64,000 nucleotides of DNA from Candidatus Heimdallarchaeum aukensis (GCA_021513695.1 CP084166.1:704001-768000); one strand, 5' to 3'. Shown: positions 38,430 through 48,618, counted from the first letter of the stretch. Notes: a model not told the origin generated them from the sequence alone. Program-made: numbers and translations.

Positions 38430-39356
38430 TTATTTTAATTCTTTTAGAGCTTCTATTACTTTTTCAGCAACTTGAACGCTAGCTCTGTAATTTCCTTCAA
38501 GTGTTTGAGCACCTATATGAGGAGTCATAATTACATTGGGGTGTTTTAGGAGTTTGTTTTCTTCTTTAGGAGGTTCTTTTTCAAAGACATCAGTAGCATA
38601 TACAGCTAGTTTTCCTTTTTCTAAAGCTCGGTAAGCTGCTTCTTCGTCAACAACTCCTCCTCTTGCACAGTTAATGAGAACTACATTTGTTTTCATTTTC
38701 TCAAAAGCTTCATCTGAAATCATATGCCTTGTTTCATCAGTTAGTGGAAGATGAAGGCTGATGTAATCTGCTTTTTCAAAGACCTTGTCAATTGAACTTT
38801 GTAGGTCTATAACTCCGCTTTGTTTGATATACGCATCATATCCTATGGTTTTCATTCCGAGTGCTTTAGCTTTTACAGCTAAACTTGATCCTATTCTTCC
38901 TGTACCTATAATTCCTAATGTTTTTCCTTCTATTTCAACTGAAAATAATTCTTTTTTTAGTTTTTTAAATTCTGAAGGATTTTTTCTCAATCTTTCTGTT
39001 CCTGTTACTACTCGTCTGGTAGCTGCTAAAATCATAGTTAAAGCTAGTTCTGCAACTGAATTAGTTGTAGCATTTGGAGTGTTAATTACTTTTATTCCTC
39101 TTTCTCTTGCTGATTGTAAATCTATATTATCTAATCCTACACCAGCTCTACCTATAACTTTAAGATTTTTTGCTACTTCTAGTAGATGCCCTTTAACTTT
39201 AGTAGCAGACCTTACAATAATTGCGTCATATTCAGGTATAATGTGCTCTAATTCTTCTTTAGGTACATCCCAGGCTTTTTTTACTTCAAAACCTTCTTTT
39301 TCTAGCATTTCTACAGCTACTTCATTCAACTTATCAGCTATTAGTACTTTAAACAT
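38430..39356 (-). CDS. serA: D-3-phosphoglycerate dehydrogenase / D-isomer 2-hydroxyacid dehydrogenase (short form)
   Basis: It has an NAD Rossmann motif (GIIGTGRIGSSLA) and catalytic R/E/H positions typical of the 2-Hacid_dh family (about 308 aa). It is adjacent to an aminotransferase. Confidence 0.75.
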   Translation of the reverse strand: MFKVLIADKLNEVAVEMLEKEGFEVKKAWDVPKEELEHIIPEYDAIIVRSATKVKGHLLEVAKNLKVIGRAGVGLDNIDLQSARERGIKVINTPNATTNSVAELALTMILAATRRVVTGTERLRKNPSEFKKLKKELFSVEIEGKTLGIIGTGRIGSSLAVKAKALGMKTIGYDAYIKQSGVIDLQSSIDKVFEKADYISLHLPLTDETRHMISDEAFEKMKTNVVLINCARGGVVDEEAAYRALEKGKLAVYATDVFEKEPPKEENKLLKHPNVIMTPHIGAQTLEGNYRASVQVAEKVIEALKELK

Positions 39357-39366
39357 TTAATTCACC

Positions 39367-40446
39367 TCAATTAAGTTCCCAGATTTCATTAATATTGTTT
39401 AGCAATTCCTGAATTGTTTCTACTGTATGATCTCCCATATGTCCAATTCTGAAGGTTTTATCTTTAAGATTACCATAACCATTAGCTAGTTCCATTCCTC
39501 TTTCAGCTAATGCAGCATTTAGTGCTCCTACATCCTTATTTAATGTATTTTCTATTGTTGTGACAGTAACTGATTCATATCCTTCTTCTGCAAAGAGTTT
39601 AAACCCTTTTTCTAAAGCCCATTTTCTTGTTAACTCTGCCATTGCTTTATGTCTCTCATAACGACCTTTTGCTGTCTCTTTAAGCATTTTTCCAAGTTGA
39701 TAATCAAGAGCATAAAGTAATGAGATTGCTGGTGTAGAAGGAGTTTGTTTCTTCTTCAAATAGTACTTATGAACTTTTAGTAAATCAGTATAAGTTCCCC
39801 TATTCTTTACTTCTTCTGCTCGTTTAATAGCTTTTTCAGAATAAATCATAATGGTTAATCCTGGAGGTAGAGCAAAAGCTTTTTGGGTTGAAGCAAAAAC
39901 GAAATCAGTATGCATTTCGTCAGGTAGGATTAAATCTCCTCCTAAACTTGAAACAGTATCAACAACGAGTAATGTTTCAGGATACTTACTAATTACTTCA
40001 CCTATTGCTTTAAGATCACTTCTCACTCCTGTACTTGTCTCATTTTGACAAACAGTAACAACATCATACTCTTGTTCTTTAAGTTTTTCTTCAATCACTT
40101 CAGGTTTGATAGCTTTACCCCATTCTACTTCTAAAACATCAACATTATGCCCACAATCTTTTAGAGTATCAGCCATTCTTTTAGAAAAAGCTCCATTAAC
40201 ACAACTTAAAGCTGCTTTTCCTTCTCTAATCAGATTTCTACCCGTGATGTCCATACCAATTGTTCCTGAAGCAGCAAAGACAGCAATGTGTTGCTCAGTC
40301 TTAAAATATTCTCGAAGTTGGGTCAAAATGCTTGCATATAGAGCAGTAAAATCTTTATGACGATGACCAATCATTGGTTTTACTTGTGCTTGAAGCACAT
40401 CCTCACTTACTTCAGTAGGTCCTGGAATATACAATCTTCTGTGCAT
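39367..40446 (-). CDS. Class V aminotransferase (phosphoserine/serine-pyruvate/alanine-glyoxylate aminotransferase type)
   Basis: It has a PLP lysine motif (FVFASTQKAFALPPG) and the class-V fold length of 359 aa. It forms a serine-pathway pair with serA. Confidence 0.8.
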   Translation of the reverse strand: MHRRLYIPGPTEVSEDVLQAQVKPMIGHRHKDFTALYASILTQLREYFKTEQHIAVFAASGTIGMDITGRNLIREGKAALSCVNGAFSKRMADTLKDCGHNVDVLEVEWGKAIKPEVIEEKLKEQEYDVVTVCQNETSTGVRSDLKAIGEVISKYPETLLVVDTVSSLGGDLILPDEMHTDFVFASTQKAFALPPGLTIMIYSEKAIKRAEEVKNRGTYTDLLKVHKYYLKKKQTPSTPAISLLYALDYQLGKMLKETAKGRYERHKAMAELTRKWALEKGFKLFAEEGYESVTVTTIENTLNKDVGALNAALAERGMELANGYGNLKDKTFRIGHMGDHTVETIQELLNNINEIWELN

Positions 40447-40577
40447 TTAAATTCTCTCCTAATTTTTATTTAAGATATACAAGATATAATTATACTGAAT
40501 TCAAGAAATAGTTTTAACTAAAAAAATTTGTGTTATGAAGATAAAAAAGCTAATTAAAGTGTATGCAAAAATTATTA

Positions 40578-42533
40578 CTAAAACTCAATAAATGGTAAGA
40601 AAATAGATACTTTCGTTCCAACATGATGAATGCTATCTATAAATATTTGTCCATCATGTAATTCTACAAGATTTTTTGTTATATACAAACCTAACCCTGT
40701 TCCTTCACTTTTTTCAGCTTCATCTGTTCTGAAAAAGGGCTTGAAAACATATGGGAGATCATGACTAGGGATACCAATTCCATGGTCTTGAATCTGAATG
40801 AGTAATCCTTTTCTGTTATCAGGATTATATTCACCTACATAATCTTTGATAACTGTAACTTCGATTTTAGAATTACTTAAAGAATATTTTATTGCATTAT
40901 CTAAAACATTGGATATTATCTGCTTAATTCTTTTTGGATCACCAAAATACTGAATATCTTTTGTTTCGAATTTCTTTTCTAACCTAATTTTTTTGCTTTT
41001 TAATTGTTCTTCAAAACTTCTTATTGTCGAATTAATGTTTCTAATAATATTAAACTTCTTTTTCTCTACTTTGAATCTATTATTTTCTATTTTAGAGACT
41101 ACAAGTAAATCTTCAATTAATGTTGTTAAAAGATCTGCACTTTCTTCCATTACTTCCAAGGTAGAGAAAATCTTTCTTTTAGGTAATCTTTCCCAGTATT
41201 TTTTAAGAAATTGAATACTCAAACTTATAGATGTAATGGGAGTTCTTAATTCATGACTGACAGAAGAGATAAAGTTTTTTCTTAGTTTATCCAAAGTAAG
41301 AAAGGGAGTAATATCTTGAAATTCTATTAGAGCACCTATAAAACTCCCAGAAGAGGTGATATTTACTCCTGAGACCTGAATAAAGAAATTTTCAGACAAC
41401 TCAAATGTATCACAGACTTTTTCTTTTTCTATTATTAATTCTTTAATAAAGGAGAATAAAGGGTCGTCTTTAAACTTTTCAGAAAAGATATTTAATGATA
41501 ATAAAGGTTCTTTATCTTCGGGATAGAGAACACGATAGAATTCTTCAAATTTCTTATTAAATAGACTAAAATTCCCTTCATCATCAATCAACAACAAACC
41601 AGGTGAAACTGTTTCAAAAATTGCTTCAAGTTTTAGTTTCTCTTCTAAAAGTTCTTCATTTTTTCGCTCTACTATCATTGATAATTCAGAGCTTGTTTCT
41701 TTTAGCTCTTTTTCTCTTTCTACATGTTTAGTAATATCTGTTGCAACCCCTAAAGCTGCTATCTCACCACTTGGTAATTTAATAGGAATCTTTCTTACTT
41801 CAATTGTTCTTTTTTCTCCAAAGGCATCAGTAAAAGAGCTTGTAGTTTTTATCCTACTTTTAGTATCTATTACTTTCCTATCATACTTTAAGAAATAATC
41901 AGTTTCACTCTTTACAGGTTGTATATCATGCTGAATAGAACCCTCAATCTCGCTTATTGGTAAATTAAAACGGTCTGCTAAAGCTTTGTTAGCTAATAGA
42001 AATCTCCCTTCTTCATTTTTTACAAAAATCATTTGTGGAACTTGATCTATTACTTCTCTTAAGATATTTTTATTGAATTCGAGTTCCATAATTTCATCCA
42101 ATTTTGATGAAAAAGAAGAAGCTACAGCAACATGACAATCATTGGACGAGTTAAAAATCACTTTTAGTTTTACAGGTAGTCTTTTTCCTTCTTTTGCAAG
42201 TAAAAAAGTTACAAAAGTAAAAAAACTTTTTTTTGAATCTGATAACTTTAAATAATATTCCAAATTTTTTTCTTTGTCTTTCTCTTCGAAATACTCATTT
42301 ATTTTTTTTTCAAGTATGATAGACTTCTTAACTCCTATAAGATCTTCAGCTCTTTTGTTTATATAAAGAATGGATAGATTGTTATTAAAAACAAAAATTG
42401 CTTCTTCTAAACTATCAAAACAAGATAGAATATCTTCATATTTCAGCTTTAATCCATCTACTCTAGCAGATTCGTTTTCTGTATTTTTATTTTTTTTATT
42501 TGAAGATACATCATTGGAAAAAAGATTACTCAA
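40578..42533 (-). CDS. Multi-PAS sensor histidine kinase (HisKA plus HATPase_c)
   Basis: It has a classical H-box (SVSHELRTPITSI), an N-box (NVLDNAIKYS) and G-boxes (DHGIGIP; GTGLGLYITKNLVELHDG), with three PAS-like segments upstream. Confidence 0.85.
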   Translation of the reverse strand: MSNLFSNDVSSNKKNKNTENESARVDGLKLKYEDILSCFDSLEEAIFVFNNNLSILYINKRAEDLIGVKKSIILEKKINEYFEEKDKEKNLEYYLKLSDSKKSFFTFVTFLLAKEGKRLPVKLKVIFNSSNDCHVAVASSFSSKLDEIMELEFNKNILREVIDQVPQMIFVKNEEGRFLLANKALADRFNLPISEIEGSIQHDIQPVKSETDYFLKYDRKVIDTKSRIKTTSSFTDAFGEKRTIEVRKIPIKLPSGEIAALGVATDITKHVEREKELKETSSELSMIVERKNEELLEEKLKLEAIFETVSPGLLLIDDEGNFSLFNKKFEEFYRVLYPEDKEPLLSLNIFSEKFKDDPLFSFIKELIIEKEKVCDTFELSENFFIQVSGVNITSSGSFIGALIEFQDITPFLTLDKLRKNFISSVSHELRTPITSISLSIQFLKKYWERLPKRKIFSTLEVMEESADLLTTLIEDLLVVSKIENNRFKVEKKKFNIIRNINSTIRSFEEQLKSKKIRLEKKFETKDIQYFGDPKRIKQIISNVLDNAIKYSLSNSKIEVTVIKDYVGEYNPDNRKGLLIQIQDHGIGIPSHDLPYVFKPFFRTDEAEKSEGTGLGLYITKNLVELHDGQIFIDSIHHVGTKVSIFLPFIEF

Positions 42534-42535
42534 TA

Positions 42536-43441
42536 TTAATCACCTTGAATAGGTAGGACTGTAAGTATTTCTTCCCAAGCTTTCTTTATATCCCATTTTT
42601 CTTCATTTTTAACCTTATTTGAATAAGGAGCTAGTATTTCTTCCAATCTTTTAGTAATTATATAATCAATCCTTGGAGCAATAACTACAAGCATAAATGG
42701 TATTTGCTGAGATAAGCTTTCAAAATCCTCATACGCATCAATGTATATATAACAAGCCATACCTATATTTTCTAAAAACAAAGGCACTCCCTGGGGATTT
42801 GTTACTTTTAATTCTCCATATACAGAGATAATAGTTTGAAAGATTTGAACGCCTAAACTATCTAATTCAATTTGTTGTTCTATTTTCTTGGGAAAATAAT
42901 CTACTGGCTGAGGGCCCAGCACATCATGCCATTTAATTAAAAGCAAAAAAACAGAATCTTTTGAATAACTATATATACTATCATGAGCCATTAAATTCTG
43001 ACTTAACTCTAAAGTTATTTTCTTCTTTAGTTCTTCTCTAATTTGATAATTTAATTTTCTTTTAGCTAACTTTCCTTCAACTATTGCTATCAAATCTTCT
43101 TCTTTGAAGGGTTTAATTATATAATCATCTATTCCCAAAGATTTACCATATCTTACTGACTCTGGGTCACTTTTAGCAGTAAGAAAAACAAAAGGAATGT
43201 CAAAAAATCTTTCATCTCTTGAGATTTTTTCATATAGAGAATAACCATCCATTCCTGGCATCATTATATCACAAAGAATAAGATCAGGGGGTCGAGTTAG
43301 ATTTTCTAACAAAGTTAATGCTTCATCTGCACTCTGGGCTAAAACAGGAAAGTAGTCATACATAGATAAAATACTGTCTAGTAAATACAAGATTTGCTTA
43401 TTATCATCAATAATTAAAATCGTTCCTTTCAAATTATCCAA
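42536..43441 (-). CDS. Response regulator: REC domain plus uncharacterized ~170-aa C-terminal domain
   Basis: The REC domain shows ILIIDDNKQ, the phospho-acceptor Asp in LILCDIMMPGMDG and the K in FLTAKSD. The C-terminal domain has no family I recognize. Its stop abuts the HK start 2 nt away. Confidence 0.75.
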   Translation of the reverse strand: MDNLKGTILIIDDNKQILYLLDSILSMYDYFPVLAQSADEALTLLENLTRPPDLILCDIMMPGMDGYSLYEKISRDERFFDIPFVFLTAKSDPESVRYGKSLGIDDYIIKPFKEEDLIAIVEGKLAKRKLNYQIREELKKKITLELSQNLMAHDSIYSYSKDSVFLLLIKWHDVLGPQPVDYFPKKIEQQIELDSLGVQIFQTIISVYGELKVTNPQGVPLFLENIGMACYIYIDAYEDFESLSQQIPFMLVVIAPRIDYIITKRLEEILAPYSNKVKNEEKWDIKKAWEEILTVLPIQGD

Positions 43442-43530
43442 TTTATAAATTAGGGCTAGATAAAATAAAATTTTTGCTAGTGCTAGTTTTGTTTAAATTT
43501 TGTTTAAATTTAATGAAATAGATGAGCACT

Positions 43531-44934
43531 CTAAATGTTCAGTACTACCAGTAGAATTGAATAGGCTGTACTTATTATCCCCATTATTATTATAAGAGGA
43601 AAGATTTTTTTAAAATAGTCTTTAAAAGTAAATTCTATTCCTTCTCTTTTCAAAATATCAAGAGACATCAGAATTGTTACACTTCCTAAGGGAGTGAGAG
43701 CTCCTCCTACATTATCAGCCAAGATTAAACTAACCCAAGTCCCTTTGAAAATAGGAACAGAAACGGTGTTAGAAATAGTGATGAAAATGTAAGAGAAAAT
43801 TAGAGCTGCACTTGTGTTATTTAGAAAACCAGCTAGTGGTATACCAATGATTATAAAGAATACAACAACTAAAATTTGTGCTACTGTAGGTGAAAAATTC
43901 AAATCAAAGAATAACAAAATTAAATTAGATAAAGGAATAAGAGCCCCTGAAGCAGCGAATATCCCCATAAGAGTGAAAAGCATTACAAAAAATGTAATCA
44001 TTTCCCATTCTACACCATGTTCTACATATTTTTTTAAAGTTGAATTAAAAATAAAAACTCCAATGACAGCTACAATGAAAGCTATTGTTCCTACATCTAA
44101 ACCTAATACTGAAGATAATAGAAATCCTCCAAATAGAAGCAATAGTAAAGCAAAAGATTTCCAAACTTTAATCTTACTTTCTACACTAGACCATGGATTA
44201 ATTCTAGCGATTTGACTTTTTTTATCTCTATCTACTTTTTTGTTTATTTCCTTTTTGAAGATATAGTAAAAGTATCCATAGGCTACAAAGAATAAAATAA
44301 ACGATATTGGAAACATTAAAGCAGTGAAACCAATAAAAGTAATGGTACCTGGATAGAGACTAAAGAATATAATGTTGGGTATAGATGAAACAGGAGTAGG
44401 CATTCCTCCGATAATTGTATTAATTCCAACGAAAAGAACAAAAGGTAATGGATTTACATCCAGTTGTTTGCAAATTACAATAGTTAAAGATCCTAGCAGT
44501 ATAATAGCTGAAAGATTATCAAAAAACATACTGATGAAGAATGTTAGTCCTCCAATTGACATGAAGAGCATTTTGGGATTTCCTTTTGTCAGTTTAATGA
44601 TGTAAAGAGATATGAAATCGAAAAACCCTGAATCCTTTATTAGTTGAACAATAATACTTACTGAGAATATAATCAAGATTGCTTCTACATTTACTAAATC
44701 CGAAATCGCTTCAATAAAATGAGGATGTTCATTTTCAAAATTATAACCAAGATTCACTTCAAGAAGATGTTCCCAATCCATTAAAAAGAAGAAAACTACT
44801 ATTGACAAAATTGTACCTAATGCAGTTACTTTCAAGGAATCAAACTTTTCGTTCATTAATCCAGCAATTGTTCCTAGAACAATTATTGTAATCAATATTG
44901 AGCCTACTATTGTTAGTGTTACCACGTTTATCAC
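43531..44934 (-). CDS. Anion permease of the ArsB/NhaD (CitMHS/DASS-like) superfamily, paralog A; GTG start
   Basis: It has 12-14 TM segments and hairpin-like motifs (VGINTIIGGMPTPVSSIPN; NVGGALTPLGSVTILM). Confidence 0.5.
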   Translation of the reverse strand: MINVVTLTIVGSILITIIVLGTIAGLMNEKFDSLKVTALGTILSIVVFFFLMDWEHLLEVNLGYNFENEHPHFIEAISDLVNVEAILIIFSVSIIVQLIKDSGFFDFISLYIIKLTKGNPKMLFMSIGGLTFFISMFFDNLSAIILLGSLTIVICKQLDVNPLPFVLFVGINTIIGGMPTPVSSIPNIIFFSLYPGTITFIGFTALMFPISFILFFVAYGYFYYIFKKEINKKVDRDKKSQIARINPWSSVESKIKVWKSFALLLLLFGGFLLSSVLGLDVGTIAFIVAVIGVFIFNSTLKKYVEHGVEWEMITFFVMLFTLMGIFAASGALIPLSNLILLFFDLNFSPTVAQILVVVFFIIIGIPLAGFLNNTSAALIFSYIFITISNTVSVPIFKGTWVSLILADNVGGALTPLGSVTILMSLDILKREGIEFTFKDYFKKIFPLIIIMGIISTAYSILLVVLNI

Positions 44935-45164
44935 CTAAAGGGCTATTATAGCATTGGATATTTTCATACATTTTTATCGCTTGAAAGTAAACTGATTTTC
45001 CATATAATATTAAGTTTCCAATCCCTAAATAGTATTCTTTTATATATTTTTTTTATTTTTTGATTAGCACAAAAAAGATATAATATTTTACTTATTTATA
45101 GAATAAATGTCAAGAAATTGTGGAAAATAAGTCCTTAAAACCAAGTTTTATGATTTTTGTTAAA

Positions 45165-46553
45165 CTAAGCTCCAAGAAGGATTAGAACTATTGAATAACC
45201 AATACTAAGTAACGCAAATGTTAGAGTTAGTGGAATTGTTTTTTTGACATAATCCATGAAAGTAATTTTATATCCTTCTCTATTCAATATCTCCAGAGCC
45301 ATCAAAATTGTTATACTTCCTAAAGGCGTTAGAGCTCCTCCAATATTACCTCCAAGTACAAAAGCTATCCATGTTCCTTTTCCAATAGTTGTTGAAACAG
45401 AAGCAACCATGGTTGTAAAAATATATGAGAATATTAAAGCTGCAGAAGAACCGTTAAGAAATCCTGTAATAGGTAAACCAATTAATCCTATTATTAGTGC
45501 AACGAGTATTTGAGCCGTTGTGGGTGAAATATCCAGATCGAAAATAGAGATAAATAGATTCGCAATAGGTTGCAAAGCTCCAGAGCCAGCGAGGACACCC
45601 ATTAAAACAAACAAGGCTACAAAAAATACAATCATCTCCCACTCTATTCCAGAGTGAATAAACTTTTTTAACTTTTTATTAAATAAGAATAATCCAAAAA
45701 CTGCAACTATTAGAGCTATTGTTGCTACATCTAAACCTATAACTGAAGAAAGGAGAAATCCTGAAAATAGAACAATTAACAGCCCTATTGATTTATATAC
45801 TTGACTTCTTTCTTCAATTCCAGACCAAGGATTAATTCTAGAGATTTGTTTTTGTTTTTCTTCGGGTATTTTAATGAATATATCTTTTTTGAATATAATA
45901 AAGAAATAGAGAGAAGACAAGATGAAGAACAGTAAAGCTATTGGAAACATTAATGCTGTGAACTTAATAAAACTCATATCACCCTCATACAAGCTGTAAA
46001 AGATGATATTTGGAAGTGAAGAAACAGGTGTAGGTAGTCCCCCTATTATAGTATTAATTCCAACAAATAAAACAAATGGAATAGGATTTAAATCCAATTG
46101 TTCACAGATAACTACAGTTAGAGATCCTAACAAAATTATTGCTGAAAGATTGTCGAAAAACATGCTAATGAAAAAAGTCAATCCTCCTAAAGCGATAATA
46201 AGCTTTTTAGGATCTCCTTTTGTTAATTTTACAATAGAAAGCGAGACAAAATCGAAGAATCCTGCTTCTTTGGTCAAAGAAACGATCACACTTACTGAAA
46301 AAATGATCAAAATTGCTTCTACATTTATCATCTCAGCAATAGCTTCTAAATAACCCTCAGGAATAAATTCATGGCTAGTGTTTTCTAGTAACAATTTATG
46401 CCAATCTGTAAAAAAGAAAAAAATCACCATAACTACAGAAGCTCCAGTTACTGTTATTTTTGTAGTGTCAACACCTTCAACCATTAAAGCTATTATTGTT
46501 GCAATTACAGTTACAGATATTAATATTATTCCTATTGTTTCCACTACAGCCAT
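45165..46553 (-). CDS. Anion permease of the ArsB/NhaD (CitMHS/DASS-like) superfamily, paralog B
   Basis: It is collinear with paralog A and about 55-60% identical by eye (VGINTIIGGLPTPVSSLPN; NIGGALTPLGSITILM). Confidence 0.5.
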   Translation of the reverse strand: MAVVETIGIILISVTVIATIIALMVEGVDTTKITVTGASVVMVIFFFFTDWHKLLLENTSHEFIPEGYLEAIAEMINVEAILIIFSVSVIVSLTKEAGFFDFVSLSIVKLTKGDPKKLIIALGGLTFFISMFFDNLSAIILLGSLTVVICEQLDLNPIPFVLFVGINTIIGGLPTPVSSLPNIIFYSLYEGDMSFIKFTALMFPIALLFFILSSLYFFIIFKKDIFIKIPEEKQKQISRINPWSGIEERSQVYKSIGLLIVLFSGFLLSSVIGLDVATIALIVAVFGLFLFNKKLKKFIHSGIEWEMIVFFVALFVLMGVLAGSGALQPIANLFISIFDLDISPTTAQILVALIIGLIGLPITGFLNGSSAALIFSYIFTTMVASVSTTIGKGTWIAFVLGGNIGGALTPLGSITILMALEILNREGYKITFMDYVKKTIPLTLTFALLSIGYSIVLILLGA

Positions 46554-46574
46554 AAAATATTCCTTCTTTACAAC

Positions 46575-48485
46575 TTATTCAAAGTCATCAGTTTTTACTT
46601 CTTCTTCAAGTTCTTCTTCAATTTCTTCTGATTCTTCAAGCTTTTCTTTTTCAGTTGATTTTTTTGTTTCTGGCTTTTCTTTTTCTTCTTCCTTTAATGG
46701 AGTTTCTTCAGTTAATTCAGAAATTATTTCTTCTTTGATTAATGTCTTTGGGTCTTTTAGTTCTCTCTTCAGTTCATATTTTATTTCTTCTTTTATCTCT
46801 TCCCTTATCTCTTCTTTAATCTCTTCTTTTAATAAAGATAATGCATCTTTAGAAAAATCTTTCATTATCTCTTTCTTCAGTTCTTTTTTTGGTGCTTCTT
46901 TAATCTCTTTCTTTATTTCTTCTTTAATCTCTGCTTTAATCTCTGCTTTAATCTCTTCTTTAATTTCCTCTTTTTCATCTAAGGGTTTTTCTTCAATTTT
47001 ATCCATAATTAACTCCTCTTCAATTTCTTTTTTCTCTTCTTTCTCTTCCTTCTCTTCTTTCTTTTCTCTTTCTTCCTTCTCTTTTTTCTCTTCTTTCTCT
47101 TCTTTCTTTTCTTTCTCTTCCTTCTCTTCTTTCTTTTCTCTTTCTTCCTTCTCTTTTTTCTCTTCTTTCTCTTCTTTCTTTTCTTTCTCTTCCTTCTCTT
47201 CCTTCTTTTCTTTCTTTATTTCACTTTTTGTTGGCTTTTCTTTTACTTTTTTCTCTTCTTTAGTCTTTTCTTTAGTTTCTTTTTCTTCTATTACAGATGC
47301 TTCTTCAGGCTCTTCTATACCAAAAAGTTCTCTCTTTACTTCTTCTTTGATTTCCTCTCTAACAGTTTCTCCAATATCTATTTTCTTCGAAATAGTTTCT
47401 TCTTTAGGAACTGTATCACTAGAAACTGCTTTCTCTTCTTTTTTCTCTTTCTTTTTTATATCTTCAGTAATGATTAATAGAGGAACAGTAACATCAGGGT
47501 CGCTTAACAGATCTATAAACAGTCCATATAAATTGGCTAATTTAGATGGAAGATAAATAATTAATAATCCAAGATCCTTACCAAAACTAATCATTTGGTT
47601 TTTTAACTCTTCATGGTCAGATAAAGAAAGAATTTCGAAATCTACAAATCGTTGTGAATCTTCAAAAACAACTTGATTCGCGCGCTCGAATTTATTCATT
47701 TCTTCTTTTTGTTTTGAAAGTAATTCTAAAAACTCTTCATCATTTAGATCTTGATACAAATATCTATTTAACAAGAACATGCAGTGTATGTTTGCATTTT
47801 TTATACTAAATTGAATAGATTTTTCAATTAAATACGATAGTCTACTTATACTTCCTGTTACTATACCGATGTGTTTCCACAAATACTCAGTATTTAATTC
47901 TTGACTCTCAATTATTAATACGGGAACATCGTTTTCTTCTAAAAGATAATTGAAAACATCACCCATAACTTCTATTTTTGCTTCTTCTTTATCTTCTTCT
48001 TGCTTTACTTTAATACTTTTTTTCATACCAATAAAGGAAGAAGGAACAACAATAAGATCATAGGTTGAAGCGTTAATTATTGCAGAAATAATATTTTTTA
48101 ATCCATCAAGATCTTCAACAACATGACCTTTAATATTAAAAAGTTTGCTAGATAGATGCTCATATGCAAAAGACAATGCTTCATCATACTGTTCTTTATT
48201 TGTATCTTCTTTAGAATAAAAACAGATAACATCTACCGTTGCTTGGAAGAACAATCTGAGTTCTTCAGCAAGTAAAACAACAGTACGAGATTTTTTAGAA
48301 CCATCTATAAGAACTAATACACTTTTTATTGGTTTAGCTGAAGGATCAACTGAAGGTAGAAGGTTTGCAAACTTCTTTTTCTGCTCCTCAATTGTTTCCT
48401 TTTGCACTTCTATTTTATCCTGATGATTGGACATACTAATTCCTCTCTCTATGCTTTTTAATTTTTCTTTTTGATTTTTAAACAT
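46575..48485 (-). CDS. Universal stress protein (Usp) domain protein with a ~300-aa E/K-rich (ER/K single-alpha-helix-like) repetitive C-terminal tail
   Basis: A Usp-like fold is visible (KSVLVLIDGSKKSRTVVLLAEEL...YDLIVVPSS), and there may be a second Usp-like half. Residues about 340-636 are almost entirely E/K/I with exact repeats (KKEEKEEKEKKEEKEEKKEKEERE x2.5; EEIKAEIKAEIKEEIKKEIKE). The likely real start is ATG 48437 (MSNHQ...), preceded by agagagga. Confidence 0.6.
   Translation of the reverse strand: MFKNQKEKLKSIERGISMSNHQDKIEVQKETIEEQKKKFANLLPSVDPSAKPIKSVLVLIDGSKKSRTVVLLAEELRLFFQATVDVICFYSKEDTNKEQYDEALSFAYEHLSSKLFNIKGHVVEDLDGLKNIISAIINASTYDLIVVPSSFIGMKKSIKVKQEEDKEEAKIEVMGDVFNYLLEENDVPVLIIESQELNTEYLWKHIGIVTGSISRLSYLIEKSIQFSIKNANIHCMFLLNRYLYQDLNDEEFLELLSKQKEEMNKFERANQVVFEDSQRFVDFEILSLSDHEELKNQMISFGKDLGLLIIYLPSKLANLYGLFIDLLSDPDVTVPLLIITEDIKKKEKKEEKAVSSDTVPKEETISKKIDIGETVREEIKEEVKRELFGIEEPEEASVIEEKETKEKTKEEKKVKEKPTKSEIKKEKKEEKEEKEKKEEKEEKKEKEEREKKEEKEEKEKKEEKEEKKEKEEREKKEEKEEKEEKKEIEEELIMDKIEEKPLDEKEEIKEEIKAEIKAEIKEEIKKEIKEAPKKELKKEIMKDFSKDALSLLKEEIKEEIREEIKEEIKYELKRELKDPKTLIKEEIISELTEETPLKEEEKEKPETKKSTEKEKLEESEEIEEELEEEVKTDDFE
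47028..47207. repeat. 72-nt tandem coding repeat (~2.5 copies) within the E/K-rich tail; shorter 12-nt periodicities lie nearby (46780..46990)
   Basis: Reading the plus strand, 47064-47135 and 47136-47207 are identical except for 1 nt. Each encodes the 24-aa unit KKEEKEEKEKKEEKEEKKEKEERE. Confidence 0.6.
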
Positions 48486-48618
48486 CTCGAAATCGGTTAG
48501 TATATCGCTGTTATTACATTTTTTAAAATATTAAGTAAATGAGCGGTTTAGCTCAAAAAAAATGAGAGCATATAAAAAATGAATTTTCAAATTTTGTTAA
48601 CATAATTGATGAAATAAG

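Noticed and set aside
46780-47230. Short-period tandem DNA repeats (12-nt and 72-nt) that could be mistaken for a CRISPR or minisatellite array
   Set aside because: They are in-frame coding repeats (EEIK/KKEE units) inside one long ORF. They have no unique spacers, no leader and no cas genes.
46378-47556. 392-aa plus-strand ORF rich in Ser/Phe
   Set aside because: It is the reverse-complement shadow of the GAA/AAG-rich E/K tail of 46575..48485. Its low-complexity SSF repeats are driven purely by the opposite strand.
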